Source of the DNA: an uncultured Lachnospiraceae bacterium
GTDB lineage: Bacteria; Bacillota; Clostridia; Lachnospirales; Lachnospiraceae
Length of the DNA stretch: 64,000 nt
Reading direction: 5' to 3'
Assembly: GCA_946491665.1 (NCBI GenBank)
Contig: CAMLYL010000002.1
Coordinates: 16,253 to 80,252, forward strand
Shown piece by piece: positions 11,701 to 19,843 of this stretch. Made by a program: the position numbers and the translations under genes. The number at the start of each line of letters is the position of its first letter. Within the stretch, counting starts at the first letter, position 1. Below the pieces are notes generated by a model. It was not told the DNA's origin, did no database searches, and saw only the letters and a program-made list of their open reading frames with translations.

Positions 11701-13181
11701 ATAATCCGGAGTCACGGACATGGGCCAACGCAAAAGCGGCAGGCAGCGGACTCCTGAATGACAACGCGGCGGATCAGGCGAAGACGGATGACAACAGCTG
11801 GGGTTACGTCAGCACGCTGGGAAGTGAAGACGGATATGATATGACCGGCTTCGGTTCCAACAGCACTGAGAATCCTTATACCGGCGGATACTGGGCACGC
11901 GGCGGAAAGAATATCTCCTATCAGGTTACACTTCCTGCCGGCGATCACAATATCATGATGGGCTGCACCGGCTGGTGGAGCATGGGACGTGCCATGGATG
12001 TATATTATTCCGTTAACGGCGGCGCAGAACAGAAGCTCTTTGACTTTGACGCTGTGGACAGCACTGAAGGTTGTGCTCAGGGTACGATCACTCTGGATCA
12101 GGAATCTGTAGTAACTCTGACTGTAAAGAAGGCTGCAAACGATGATCCAATCTTAAGCTGGATTGCAGTCAGCAACGTAACGGAGAGAAGCGTGGATGTG
12201 ACAGAACTCCAGAATAAGGTAAATGAAGCAAACGCGCTGATCGCCGCAGATTACACCACCGGAAGCTTTGAGACAGTCACCAGTGCCCTGAATGAAGCAA
12301 ATGAGCTGCTTGCCAACCCTGCTTCTCAGGAGGAAGTAGACGCGGCTGCCGCAGCGCTGCAGAGTGCTATGGACGGTCTTGTAAGCATTAAAGATCTGAG
12401 AGCATACTATGATGCCAATAAGGATAAGGTTCAGGATGGCTATACCGATGAAAGCTTTGCAGCATATAAGGAAGCTCTTCAGAAGGCAGCGGATATTCTC
12501 GGAAGCACCAGTCCCACACAGGCAGAAGTAGATCAGGCGCTTGCTGATCTGCAGGCAGCGGTTGACGGACTGATTGAGAAGCAGCCGGATGAAGTGAACA
12601 AGGATGCACTGCAGACGCTGTATGATGCCTACGCTGAGATGGAGCAGGGCAATTATACCGATGAAAGTTATCAGGCGCTGAGAGACGCTCTGGATGCTGC
12701 AAAAGCAGTTCTGGACGATAAAGATGCAACGCAGGCGGAAGTAGACGCTGCATACAGCGCTCTTGCGGCAGCGGCTGACGGACTTGCGGAAGTGCCCGGC
12801 GGAGGCGATGAGGAAATCGTTGTGAAGAATCAGCTGCAGAAGCTGTATGACGCCGTAAAGAATCTTTCACAGAGCGGTTATACGGCAGAGAGCTGGCAGG
12901 CATTCCAGGCGGCCAGAGATGCTGCAAAAGCAGTTCTGGACAATCCGGATGCAACTCAGGAAGAGGTTTCCGCTGCATACAGTGATCTGTACACTGCATG
13001 GCAGAATCTGAAATCTGTGCAGCAGCCCGGTTCCGGGGATGCGCAGAATCCGGATGGAACAAAACCTGCGGACAATGGAAAGACCGGAGATTCAGCTCCG
13101 ATCATTCCGCTGACAGCTGCGGCAGCCGCAGCAGCTGCAGCTATCGCACTTGTTTTCAGAAGAAGACGGACGATGAAATAG
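5730..13181 (+). CDS. Sortase-anchored multimodular glycosidase: GH30 (beta-1,6-galactanase type, split by a CBM-like insert), F5/8 type C, Ig-like, LamG, GH43_22-type domain, FIVAR repeats
   Basis: Signal peptide; FEGWGTSLCWWA, PMNEP and LWMSEVD GH30 motifs; GVRDPFIIRSPEGDKFYLIATDL and WAPEA GH43 motifs; C-terminal KTGD, hydrophobic stretch and RRRR; GTG 5730 follows AGGAGG (ATG 5739 is an alternative). Confidence 0.85.
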   Translation: MEKMKRKPWQIGKLVLTGVLSAAMVIQPVTVLAADSGNSQEFVNRTIRLKPAEASTFHDTNGDGLGEFEGWGTSLCWWANRIGYSEKLTSEAARLFFSDEGLDMNIGRYNVGGGDAIGEVQEVPVNENAQIYDLTDWGTNPTGAGSSMSVDTYTKMQNITYSVSDADFGLTKGDPVGSFQKIGWINKLDDEAGSGDNLRYTVEVDEAGTYTVKLMMTLEGTNTRDVAIRVNEGENQTDYVVDTDTVNSSIVAEGNSGGSNCMLFIVTIPNVELQAGENTINIAGKNDWTLDFVKMAIIRSGEEGVLPAEDEFTHAEHIIRSDSGVPGYATDVTKIDTNQHPIEWYEENFARADEECGYAWNYDWDADANQMNILKAAAAASGEDFIAEAFSNSPPYFMTVSGCSSGNTNSNVDNLREDSVNAFAAYMADVIEHWNNEGVITFQSTTPMNEPNTNYWGAYSNKQEGCHFDPGESQSRIIEALNAELEAKGIEIVISGTDETSIDTQIDSYNQLSDEAKQIVDRIDTHSYSGSDREGLKNLAAGEGKNLWMSEVDGAYTAGTDAGEMTAALGLAQRMMTDVNGLEASAWILWNAIDMHADSSEYGQSWVNKGSANDYLTMEDLENAWQSRSSNGYWGLAAADHDNEEIVLSMKYYAYGQFSRYIRPGYTIIGTSSEGNTLAAYDPEGKKAVVVAMNTSGTDRTWKFDLSGFESMGTEITAIRTSGDLDTGEKWADVTADANITADTETNSFTSTVKANSITTYIIEGVDEILPATDENTPVVSKIDVDASQVTGGKVWNNGTANTPQTVVDGNYGTFYDGVDADDGTPGYVTIDLGEEKEIAAISYAPRNGFADRMLDAVIYGSSDGASWEPIYTVGSAPSTGTDTMVYYMDFNGGKTVTYRYVKIQRESECNLSEFGVWELAPSIESQETVTATTFNGSVPVLPNTVEATLSDGETKEIAVTWNLSEVEVNWDEMELYDYVAVTGTSSEANGTLEGYILCAPDGLEYLIDCMSGNTPVPRDNNYVSGVWTAAQGLDSLLNKDSSDQAKTADNTWGLTTDPSGLNTWAYDQGSTTPFYSYGYWAGSDVSITYDLTLPAGSHRIMLGGYDFWSGRTMDVYYSVDGGEKELLCTLTTNHDTGSSAEGTITLEEDAVVTVSVENGGDGDPVLGWISVNAVEEPDPTEEYLAAHYDMSHEGSVLKDISGNGNDATLYNTEDADFAAYGEEEVLQFNNEQYATIPSGVIDDAASFTVQAVVSAPTTGDNWLWCFGDGIGEWGAGNIGDYIFVSPNSGQGSYNGTVLAAVKVGSESAGGESRMPVPSGQLGGGYTTITLVSDGTTLTMYMDGVEVSILDHGKDVSSVIPDGDILGYIGQSLYSPDNKLIANVSDIRIWNAALDAETVAMAAPATADKTDMLLADIQDTLLNGNASLDEIKGDVAFPESVDGVDLTWNVPENGSIAEDGTVTAPENGDEAVEVTVSYTCYGEENTVTFTLNVVGENIDEILDTAAEELDIPNKDDVRGNITLPVTTDSGVDITWETSHPEIVDVESHEVEGYDAMPAGVVTRPAKDTEVTMTATLTYKDSTRKKAFTLNVKAAPEKISEEDYTDYFFAYFAGEGYSDGEQIYFASSQDGLNWDDLNNNEPVLTSTLGEEGVRDPFIIRSPEGDKFYLIATDLKIYGNGDWNAAQNSGSQSLMVWESTDLVNWSDQRMVEVSADIGAGCTWAPEATYDPLTGEYIVYWASRTPSVDNKQRVYYAKTRDFYTFTEPQLYIEKDQSSIDTTMIENDGTYYRYTKNEGDATNELGALTKTIFIEKSNSVLGEFTQIPSSSLNSSDNQWVEGPTIFKLNSDDAAKDTWCLLVDDFGGIGYYPLLTTDLESGEFTAPEEGTFKMPSRARHGTPLRITSEEYEAVMAAYGTPEETNTYSVAGQTPELPETVTVGREEVAVTWNLDGVSYDVLPFQTVTVKGTTETGAEALANVQVLPADLEYMIDCNNPESRTWANAKAAGSGLLNDNAADQAKTDDNSWGYVSTLGSEDGYDMTGFGSNSTENPYTGGYWARGGKNISYQVTLPAGDHNIMMGCTGWWSMGRAMDVYYSVNGGAEQKLFDFDAVDSTEGCAQGTITLDQESVVTLTVKKAANDDPILSWIAVSNVTERSVDVTELQNKVNEANALIAADYTTGSFETVTSALNEANELLANPASQEEVDAAAAALQSAMDGLVSIKDLRAYYDANKDKVQDGYTDESFAAYKEALQKAADILGSTSPTQAEVDQALADLQAAVDGLIEKQPDEVNKDALQTLYDAYAEMEQGNYTDESYQALRDALDAAKAVLDDKDATQAEVDAAYSALAAAADGLAEVPGGGDEEIVVKNQLQKLYDAVKNLSQSGYTAESWQAFQAARDAAKAVLDNPDATQEEVSAAYSDLYTAWQNLKSVQQPGSGDAQNPDGTKPADNGKTGDSAPIIPLTAAAAAAAAAIALVFRRRRTMK

Positions 13182-13200
13182 CAGGTTAAAGGAATTATAC

Positions 13201-13231
13201 AGAGAGGCCGGGCGGCCCGCCCGGCTTCTCT
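13201..13231 (+). other. GC-rich intergenic stem-loop without U-tract
   Basis: agagaggccgggcg...cgcccggcttctct. Confidence 0.55.
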
Positions 13232-13253
13232 GGAAAAGAAATGGAGGGGCGTT

Positions 13254-16200
13254 ATGAATTTAAGAAGGAAAGGAAGAAGCGGTAAACTGGTTCTGGCCGG
13301 TGCATTGGCAGCGGCAATGGCGGTTTCGCCGGTTGCGTCTTATCTCACGGTGCCGGCACAGGCGGCGGAGAATGACGAGCTTCTGTATCTGGTCAACTGT
13401 GGAACGAAAGATTCATCTGTTGTCCCGAACGGTTACAGCATGGGAACTTCCCAGTCAAATGTGGATCAGGAATATGGTGAAGATTCCACAGGCTACACCT
13501 GGGGATATGATTCACAGGACTTAACCGCAAAGAAGGATGATTCTGATCCGTCAGATATGTCTTCCAGCTCGTGGTATATTTCTGACGGCGCGGTTTATGA
13601 TGAAGAGACAAGCGGAATCAAATATCATTTTGAACTTCCCGAAGACGTGGACAGCGTAGAGGTTACCGCAGGCGTTTTCATTCCGCAGTGGTGGAATGAC
13701 CGGACGGTGGTAATTGAACTGGAAGGGCAGGATGCCGGCTCCATGAGCTGTGTGAACAATGTACTTTCCGAAGAGACTTATACCGTTGATGTGCAGGATG
13801 GGGTTCTCGATTTCCGGGCTAAGGCTGCAGCAGACAGAGGGGATGACGCAAACAAGGATCCCATGCTCAGTTATATCATTGTAAAAGCAGCGGAGGAAGA
13901 GCCGACAGATCCGTCTGAGCTGACGATTCAGTCTGTGGAGGCAAACAGCTACCAGAGCGGCAACGAAGCTTCAATGGCTATTGACGGCAGCACAAGTACA
14001 CACTGGCATTCATCCTGGAATACAGGCCATCCTACTGTAGAAGACGGTCTGTACATTACCATGGATCTTGGTGAGACAGTAAATAATCTTTCACAGCTCA
14101 CCTATACACCCAGACAGGACAAGGATTCCAACGGTATCTATACAGAGTATGAGATTTCCGTAAGTACCGATGGAAGTGAGTTCACAAAGGTGGCAGAGGG
14201 AACATGGGCGGCAGATAAGGATGTAAAAACTGCCACATTCCCGGAGACATCTGCCCGCTATGTACGGCTGACCGCAGTTCATACCATGGGCAACAGCGAC
14301 AGTGAAGCTGATCAGTACGCGTGTGCGGCAGAGCTTGCTCTGGGCGCAGTCGGCGACTGGGACAGAGACGCGGATAAAGCAGCTCTCAGGACAGCTCTGG
14401 AGACAGCGCAGGAATATCTGGCCAGCGACAATGGCAAGACAGAGACGGAACTTGCCAGACTGAACGGCATGGTAGCAGATGCTGAAAAGGTTGCCGCAGA
14501 CGGTTATCTGGCTGTAAAGGAAGAACTTTCCGGTCTGGCAGAGGATATTACCAATGAGGTAGAACGCCTGGAAAATAATGAGCCGTATATTACATATGAT
14601 TCGATCACCGGTACAAACGGCGAGATTATGTATGATAATAATGGAAACAAGATCCAGGCTCATGGCGGCCAGATACAGAAGATTGGAGATACCTGGTACT
14701 GGTACGGCGAGGATAAGACAAACGGATACCGTCCGGTAGAAGGTGTTCACTGTTATTCTTCAACGGATCTTTATAACTGGAAAGACGAAGGGCTTGCCCT
14801 TGACGCCATTGATGTGCCGGATGAGCATTACGGCGATGACAGTTATGTTGATCTCACTGTTTTTGAGGCAGATGAAGAACTGAAAGCTCTGTACGGCGAT
14901 TATGCGGGTATGGCGTCTGAGGATCCTACCTATGAGACAAAGCTGGAAGAGGTTTACTGGAATCTGGCTGAGGACCGCTGTGTCATGGAGCGGCCGAAGG
15001 TTCTTTACAATGATGAGACAGATCAGTATGTGATGTGGTGGCACTGCGACGGACGTACACCTACCAATACTGCTGATTACGGCAAAGCAAGAGCAGGTGT
15101 GGCAGTATCTGACAGTCCTGCAGGACCGTTCAAGTTTGTAGGCAGTTATCTTCTGGCGTCTGATCCGGATCGGACAGATCACGGATTTGACAGTGAAGGC
15201 GGACATGTTCGCGACATGAACGTATTCAAGGATGATGACGGAACGGCATATGTTCTTTATTCTTCCGAGGGTAATGAGGTAATGTATATTGCCAGACTGA
15301 ACGACAGTTATACAGGACTGGCAAAAGATAATGAAGACATGATTCTGGGTGAGGATTTCGCGATCATCAGTACAGACTCCCGTGAGGCTCCGGCCATGTT
15401 TAAATACAACGGCATGTATTATCTGATTACATCCGGCTGTACGGGATGGGCTCCGAATCAGGCTCAGTATGCCGTAGCAGAAAATCCTCTGGGACCCTGG
15501 ACAAGAATGGGAAATCCCTGTGTGGGAGATTCAGATAATAATACATTCTGGACACAGAGTACCTGTGTAATTCCGGTAGATCCGGAAAACGGTGAGTACA
15601 TTTATATGGGTGACCGCTGGTTCAATCCGGATACCGGCGGGGATTTAAGTGATTCCAGATATGTATGGCTTCCGATTGAGTTCGGAAACAACAATACAAT
15701 CATGATCAAGGACTATTCCGACTGGACTCTGGATGAGCTGGTGGGCAAAGGAGCCCTGTCAGTTAATACGGAATTCCCGGAGAGTACAGACTCCATCAGC
15801 AGTCTGATGGAAACTCTTCCCGATACCGTTGATGTGACACTCGGCGATACAGCATATAACGGAACTCCGGTAGAGTGGAGCCTTGATGAGGCAACGGCAG
15901 CCCTTGGCGATTATGTACTTGGCGATGTTACTGTAACCGGTACACTGACAGAACTGAACAGAGATTTTACAATCACTGTATTCAGCTGCCCTCCGGCGCT
16001 GGTATATTTTGCGGACTGCGCGACAGGAACGGATAATCCGTCGGAGGTTTATGAAAAATTTGCGGCGGGAGCAGACAATCTGCTTAATATGGTTTCCGAT
16101 CAGCCTTTTGGAAATGACAACGGAATTGAATGGGGATACACAAGTACGCCGGGAGCTTCCGGAGGAAGTTCTTCCCAGGATATGGGATCCCATACGCCGG

Positions 16201-19200
16201 GTGATTTCTATGACAGCGGATGGTGGGCAACCAGCAGCGGAACCATCGATTACAGCTTCGAACTGGAGCCCGGAAATTATGCGGTAATGACCGGATATCA
16301 GGAGTGGTGGAGCAGCACCAGAGGAATTCAGATCACAGCGACTTCTGTTGATGCAGAAGGAAATGAGACTGAAATCGGAGCAACATCATTTACTCTGTCC
16401 GGAGAACAGGCTATGCAGCAGAGAACAGATATCACTGTTCCGGAAGGATCTGATCACGTGATCGTATCCATCAGCAAGGCTTCCGGCAGCGATCCGGTAT
16501 TAAGCTGGATGGGTATTGTCGGAGCAGATGGACAGTCTGCTGTCGGTGATAACCTGATTGAGAACGGAAGCTTCGAGTCCGGCGCTACCGGATGGAATCT
16601 TGGAAATGGCGCTTCTGTACAGCGGGGCGATGACGCGCCGGATGGAATTCAGTATATGCGTGACAACGGCGATGCAAATACCTGGGGCGACGGCAGCAGT
16701 CAGTCTGTGGCAGTGGAGCCGGATACCGAGTATGTATTTACCGGATCTGCCAAGGTTGACAGCAGTGATCCCTATTACGTTGGCGCAAATGTAGACGGAA
16801 GAGAGATCTATGCAGTATTTTCTTCTGACAGCGGATTTACCGACAACGCAGATGATGCGGATAAGCTTGCATATGATGTGCATGCAGGCGCAACAGACTG
16901 GACGAACTTTGAGGTTCGTTTTACCACAGGTTCCGATACAACATCTGTCAATGTATATACATGGATTGACAGCGGATACGGATATCTGGACAATGTATCC
17001 CTGAAAGAGGTTACAGCAGGAGTTCTGGACTGGACCGAATTTGATGCGGCAGTAGCAGAGGCGGAAGGCAAAGTTGAAGCTGATTATACAGCAAAGAGCT
17101 GGGCGGCATTCCAGGAGACTCTGGAAGCAGCCAAAGCATTCAAAGAGAATGCGACAGATGATACCAGACAGCGTGAGATCCGCCAGATGACGGCAGATCT
17201 GCGGGACGCTATGGATGCGCTTGTTTCTATTGATACACCGGTGGGCGGCCATGTATATTATGTAGACGCTGAAAACGGTGATGACAGCAGGGACGGTCTG
17301 ACTCCTGAAACCGCATGGAAGAGTCTGGAAAAAGCATCCTCCGTGCTCTGGACAGAGGGCGAGACCACCGGAGGCGGAATCCTTCTGAAGGCAGGTTCTG
17401 TATGGAATGGTGAGCAGCTTAAGGTTGTCGGCGCGGCAGGCACAGCGGATGATCCGGTTGTGATCGGAAGCTACGGCGAAGGAGCAGATCCGGTAATCAA
17501 CGGAAATGGCGGCAACTGGGAGTACAGCACCAAGGAAGATCTGGCGGCAGTTCATATCAGGAACTGTGAGAACATTGTGATTGAAAATCTGGAGATCACC
17601 AACTGGGATAATTCCGCAGTAGCAGGCGATGGCTGGGTTTACGGCCAGAGTGAGAAACTGTTATCCGGTCTTGTGGTGGAGAACAGAGATGCCGGTGAAC
17701 TTTCCAATATTGTGATCCAGAACAACAAGATTCATGATGTAAACGGCAGAATGGCAGGCGGAGCCGAGAAGGCAGCCGGCGGTCTGATTGTAGTTGTGAC
17801 CGGCGACGGAGCCAACCATACCGGAAAGATAGAGTCCTGGTATAACGGACTGACCATTGACGGAAATGAAGTTTACAAAGTATGCCACGAAGCGATCTAT
17901 ATGGAGAGCGTATGGGCAAGCCGTACTTTAGTGGGCGGCAGCAGCAGTGATACCGGTTACCAGAATGCCGGAAATGGAAAATGGATCGGCAGCAGCGATG
18001 TCCTGATTGAGAACAACTATGTACATGATGTGGCCGGCGACGGTATCGTACCGATCAACACGACAGACGCGCTGGTACAGTACAACCTGATCGACAACGC
18101 GGCGGACAGCAGCTGGGATTACAGCGCAAATGTAAATCATGCGGCGCTGTGGACCTGGGATTCTGATAATGTAACCTTCCGCTACAATGAGGCATCCAAT
18201 TCATCCAGAGCATCTTTTGGCGAAGCAATGCTTGCGGGAACAAATGACAGTATGGCCTTTGACTTTGATTACGGCGTACAGAACTGTCTGTATGAGTACA
18301 ATTACAGTCATGACAACTACGGCGGATTCCTGATGCTCTGCCCGGGCCCTGGCGCTACAGTGAATAATATCGCAAGATACAACCTGAGTGTCAACGACGG
18401 ACGTTATGAAGGAGCGCCGATGATCCGTGTCGGCGGCGGCAAATATGGATCCAATGGAGTTCAGGTATACAACAATACAATGTACTGGGAAGGCACCGGA
18501 TATAAGGCGGCCCTTACACCGGCATCCGACTGGGAAGGCTCTGTTGTGACAGATGTATCCATCTTCAACAACATCTTCTACGGACCGGCGACAGAAGGCA
18601 GCGTAAAACAGTCTGACGGCGTATCCTATTACAACAACCTGGTATACAGTAGTGACGGAACCGCACAGGCGGTATATCAGGCGGCAGCAAACGACGAGAA
18701 TGCAGTTTATGAAGATCCGATGTTTGAGAATGTGGAAGATGTTACATCTGGAACATGGGCAGATGGAAAGACAACGCTCGGAACTGCGGACGGCTTCCAG
18801 ATTCAGGAGAACTCGCCGGCTGTTGATGCAGGAGCGGCTCATCCGGACGCACCGAACAGCGCACCTTCTGCAGTTGCAGATGAGCTGGTTCCCAATGAGA
18901 CAGAGAAACCGATATATGACTACTATGGCGACGCATTAGCGGATGGTACAAATGATATCGGCGCCGATGAGTATGTGGAAGAGGTTGTTGTGAATAAGGA
19001 AGCTCTTGCAAAAGCAATCAGCGATGCAGAAGCCCTTGACAGGAACGATTACACAGCTGATTCCTACGCGGCGGTAGAAACAGCACTGCAGGAGGCAAAG
19101 GCTGTTTATGATGATGCGGAGGCAACTCAGATGGAAGTAGACGCTGCGGCAGCAGCTCTGACAGAGGCCATAGAAGCGCTTCAGCCGGCAGAGCAGCCTG

Positions 19201-19778
19201 CAGAAGTTGACAAATCCGATCTTCAGGAGCTGTATGATACCAACAGGGATCTGGAGCAGGGCCAGTACACAGACGCAAGCTACGGCGCATTCCTGAATGC
19301 GCTGGCAGATGCGGAAAAAGTTCTGGCAGATGCAGATGCGACACAGGAAGAAGTAGATGCGGCGCTGGATGCTCTGACAGCAGCGCTGAACGGACTGGAA
19401 GTTGCAGAGACTCCTTCCGGCAGCCAGATCAGAGACGAGCTGCAGAAACTGTATGATTCCTGCAGGAATCTTGCACAGGGCAGCTTTACAGACAGCAGCT
19501 ACAAAGCGTTCACAGACGCGCTGGCAAATGCACAGGCAGTTCTCGCAAATGAGAATGCCACAGAGCAGGAGCTGAAAGATGCTTATATTGCTCTGGCGCA
19601 GGCAGTGAACGGACTGACCGTGGATCAGGCAAAACCTGGCAGCGGCAGCTCATCCGCTGCAGTTGACAGCACAAAGACAGGCGATACCGCTCCTGTTGCA
19701 GTCTATACAATTATTGTTCTGATTGCACTTGGAGCAGCTGTATGCACTGTTGCAGTGAGACGGAGACGCAGAGGATAG
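13254..19778 (+). CDS. Sortase-anchored multimodular glycosidase: F5/8 type C, GH43_24-type exo-beta-1,3-galactanase, CBM4/9-like module, GH136-like right-handed beta-helix, FIVAR repeats
   Basis: IQAHGG, WYWYGEDK, ERPKV, RDMNVFKDDDG, SREAP and YMGDRW GH43_24 motifs; NLIENGSFE CBM start; beta-helix YYVDAENGDD...DIGADE; KTGD, TM segment and RRRRR anchor. Confidence 0.85.
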   Translation: MNLRRKGRSGKLVLAGALAAAMAVSPVASYLTVPAQAAENDELLYLVNCGTKDSSVVPNGYSMGTSQSNVDQEYGEDSTGYTWGYDSQDLTAKKDDSDPSDMSSSSWYISDGAVYDEETSGIKYHFELPEDVDSVEVTAGVFIPQWWNDRTVVIELEGQDAGSMSCVNNVLSEETYTVDVQDGVLDFRAKAAADRGDDANKDPMLSYIIVKAAEEEPTDPSELTIQSVEANSYQSGNEASMAIDGSTSTHWHSSWNTGHPTVEDGLYITMDLGETVNNLSQLTYTPRQDKDSNGIYTEYEISVSTDGSEFTKVAEGTWAADKDVKTATFPETSARYVRLTAVHTMGNSDSEADQYACAAELALGAVGDWDRDADKAALRTALETAQEYLASDNGKTETELARLNGMVADAEKVAADGYLAVKEELSGLAEDITNEVERLENNEPYITYDSITGTNGEIMYDNNGNKIQAHGGQIQKIGDTWYWYGEDKTNGYRPVEGVHCYSSTDLYNWKDEGLALDAIDVPDEHYGDDSYVDLTVFEADEELKALYGDYAGMASEDPTYETKLEEVYWNLAEDRCVMERPKVLYNDETDQYVMWWHCDGRTPTNTADYGKARAGVAVSDSPAGPFKFVGSYLLASDPDRTDHGFDSEGGHVRDMNVFKDDDGTAYVLYSSEGNEVMYIARLNDSYTGLAKDNEDMILGEDFAIISTDSREAPAMFKYNGMYYLITSGCTGWAPNQAQYAVAENPLGPWTRMGNPCVGDSDNNTFWTQSTCVIPVDPENGEYIYMGDRWFNPDTGGDLSDSRYVWLPIEFGNNNTIMIKDYSDWTLDELVGKGALSVNTEFPESTDSISSLMETLPDTVDVTLGDTAYNGTPVEWSLDEATAALGDYVLGDVTVTGTLTELNRDFTITVFSCPPALVYFADCATGTDNPSEVYEKFAAGADNLLNMVSDQPFGNDNGIEWGYTSTPGASGGSSSQDMGSHTPGDFYDSGWWATSSGTIDYSFELEPGNYAVMTGYQEWWSSTRGIQITATSVDAEGNETEIGATSFTLSGEQAMQQRTDITVPEGSDHVIVSISKASGSDPVLSWMGIVGADGQSAVGDNLIENGSFESGATGWNLGNGASVQRGDDAPDGIQYMRDNGDANTWGDGSSQSVAVEPDTEYVFTGSAKVDSSDPYYVGANVDGREIYAVFSSDSGFTDNADDADKLAYDVHAGATDWTNFEVRFTTGSDTTSVNVYTWIDSGYGYLDNVSLKEVTAGVLDWTEFDAAVAEAEGKVEADYTAKSWAAFQETLEAAKAFKENATDDTRQREIRQMTADLRDAMDALVSIDTPVGGHVYYVDAENGDDSRDGLTPETAWKSLEKASSVLWTEGETTGGGILLKAGSVWNGEQLKVVGAAGTADDPVVIGSYGEGADPVINGNGGNWEYSTKEDLAAVHIRNCENIVIENLEITNWDNSAVAGDGWVYGQSEKLLSGLVVENRDAGELSNIVIQNNKIHDVNGRMAGGAEKAAGGLIVVVTGDGANHTGKIESWYNGLTIDGNEVYKVCHEAIYMESVWASRTLVGGSSSDTGYQNAGNGKWIGSSDVLIENNYVHDVAGDGIVPINTTDALVQYNLIDNAADSSWDYSANVNHAALWTWDSDNVTFRYNEASNSSRASFGEAMLAGTNDSMAFDFDYGVQNCLYEYNYSHDNYGGFLMLCPGPGATVNNIARYNLSVNDGRYEGAPMIRVGGGKYGSNGVQVYNNTMYWEGTGYKAALTPASDWEGSVVTDVSIFNNIFYGPATEGSVKQSDGVSYYNNLVYSSDGTAQAVYQAAANDENAVYEDPMFENVEDVTSGTWADGKTTLGTADGFQIQENSPAVDAGAAHPDAPNSAPSAVADELVPNETEKPIYDYYGDALADGTNDIGADEYVEEVVVNKEALAKAISDAEALDRNDYTADSYAAVETALQEAKAVYDDAEATQMEVDAAAAALTEAIEALQPAEQPAEVDKSDLQELYDTNRDLEQGQYTDASYGAFLNALADAEKVLADADATQEEVDAALDALTAALNGLEVAETPSGSQIRDELQKLYDSCRNLAQGSFTDSSYKAFTDALANAQAVLANENATEQELKDAYIALAQAVNGLTVDQAKPGSGSSSAAVDSTKTGDTAPVAVYTIIVLIALGAAVCTVAVRRRRRG

Positions 19779-19789
19779 CAGAAAGATGA

Positions 19790-19815
19790 TTCCTGCCTGC
19801 GTATGCGGGCAGGAA
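19790..19815 (+). other. Intergenic stem-loop
   Basis: ttcctgcctgc-gtat-gcgggcaggaa. Confidence 0.55.
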
Positions 19816-19843
19816 CATTTCTCAGAAAATAACAGGAGTTTTT

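Noticed and set aside
12190-13020. Repeated helical units at the C-termini of both giant proteins
   Set aside because: Ordinary FIVAR-type spacer repeats of Firmicute surface enzymes
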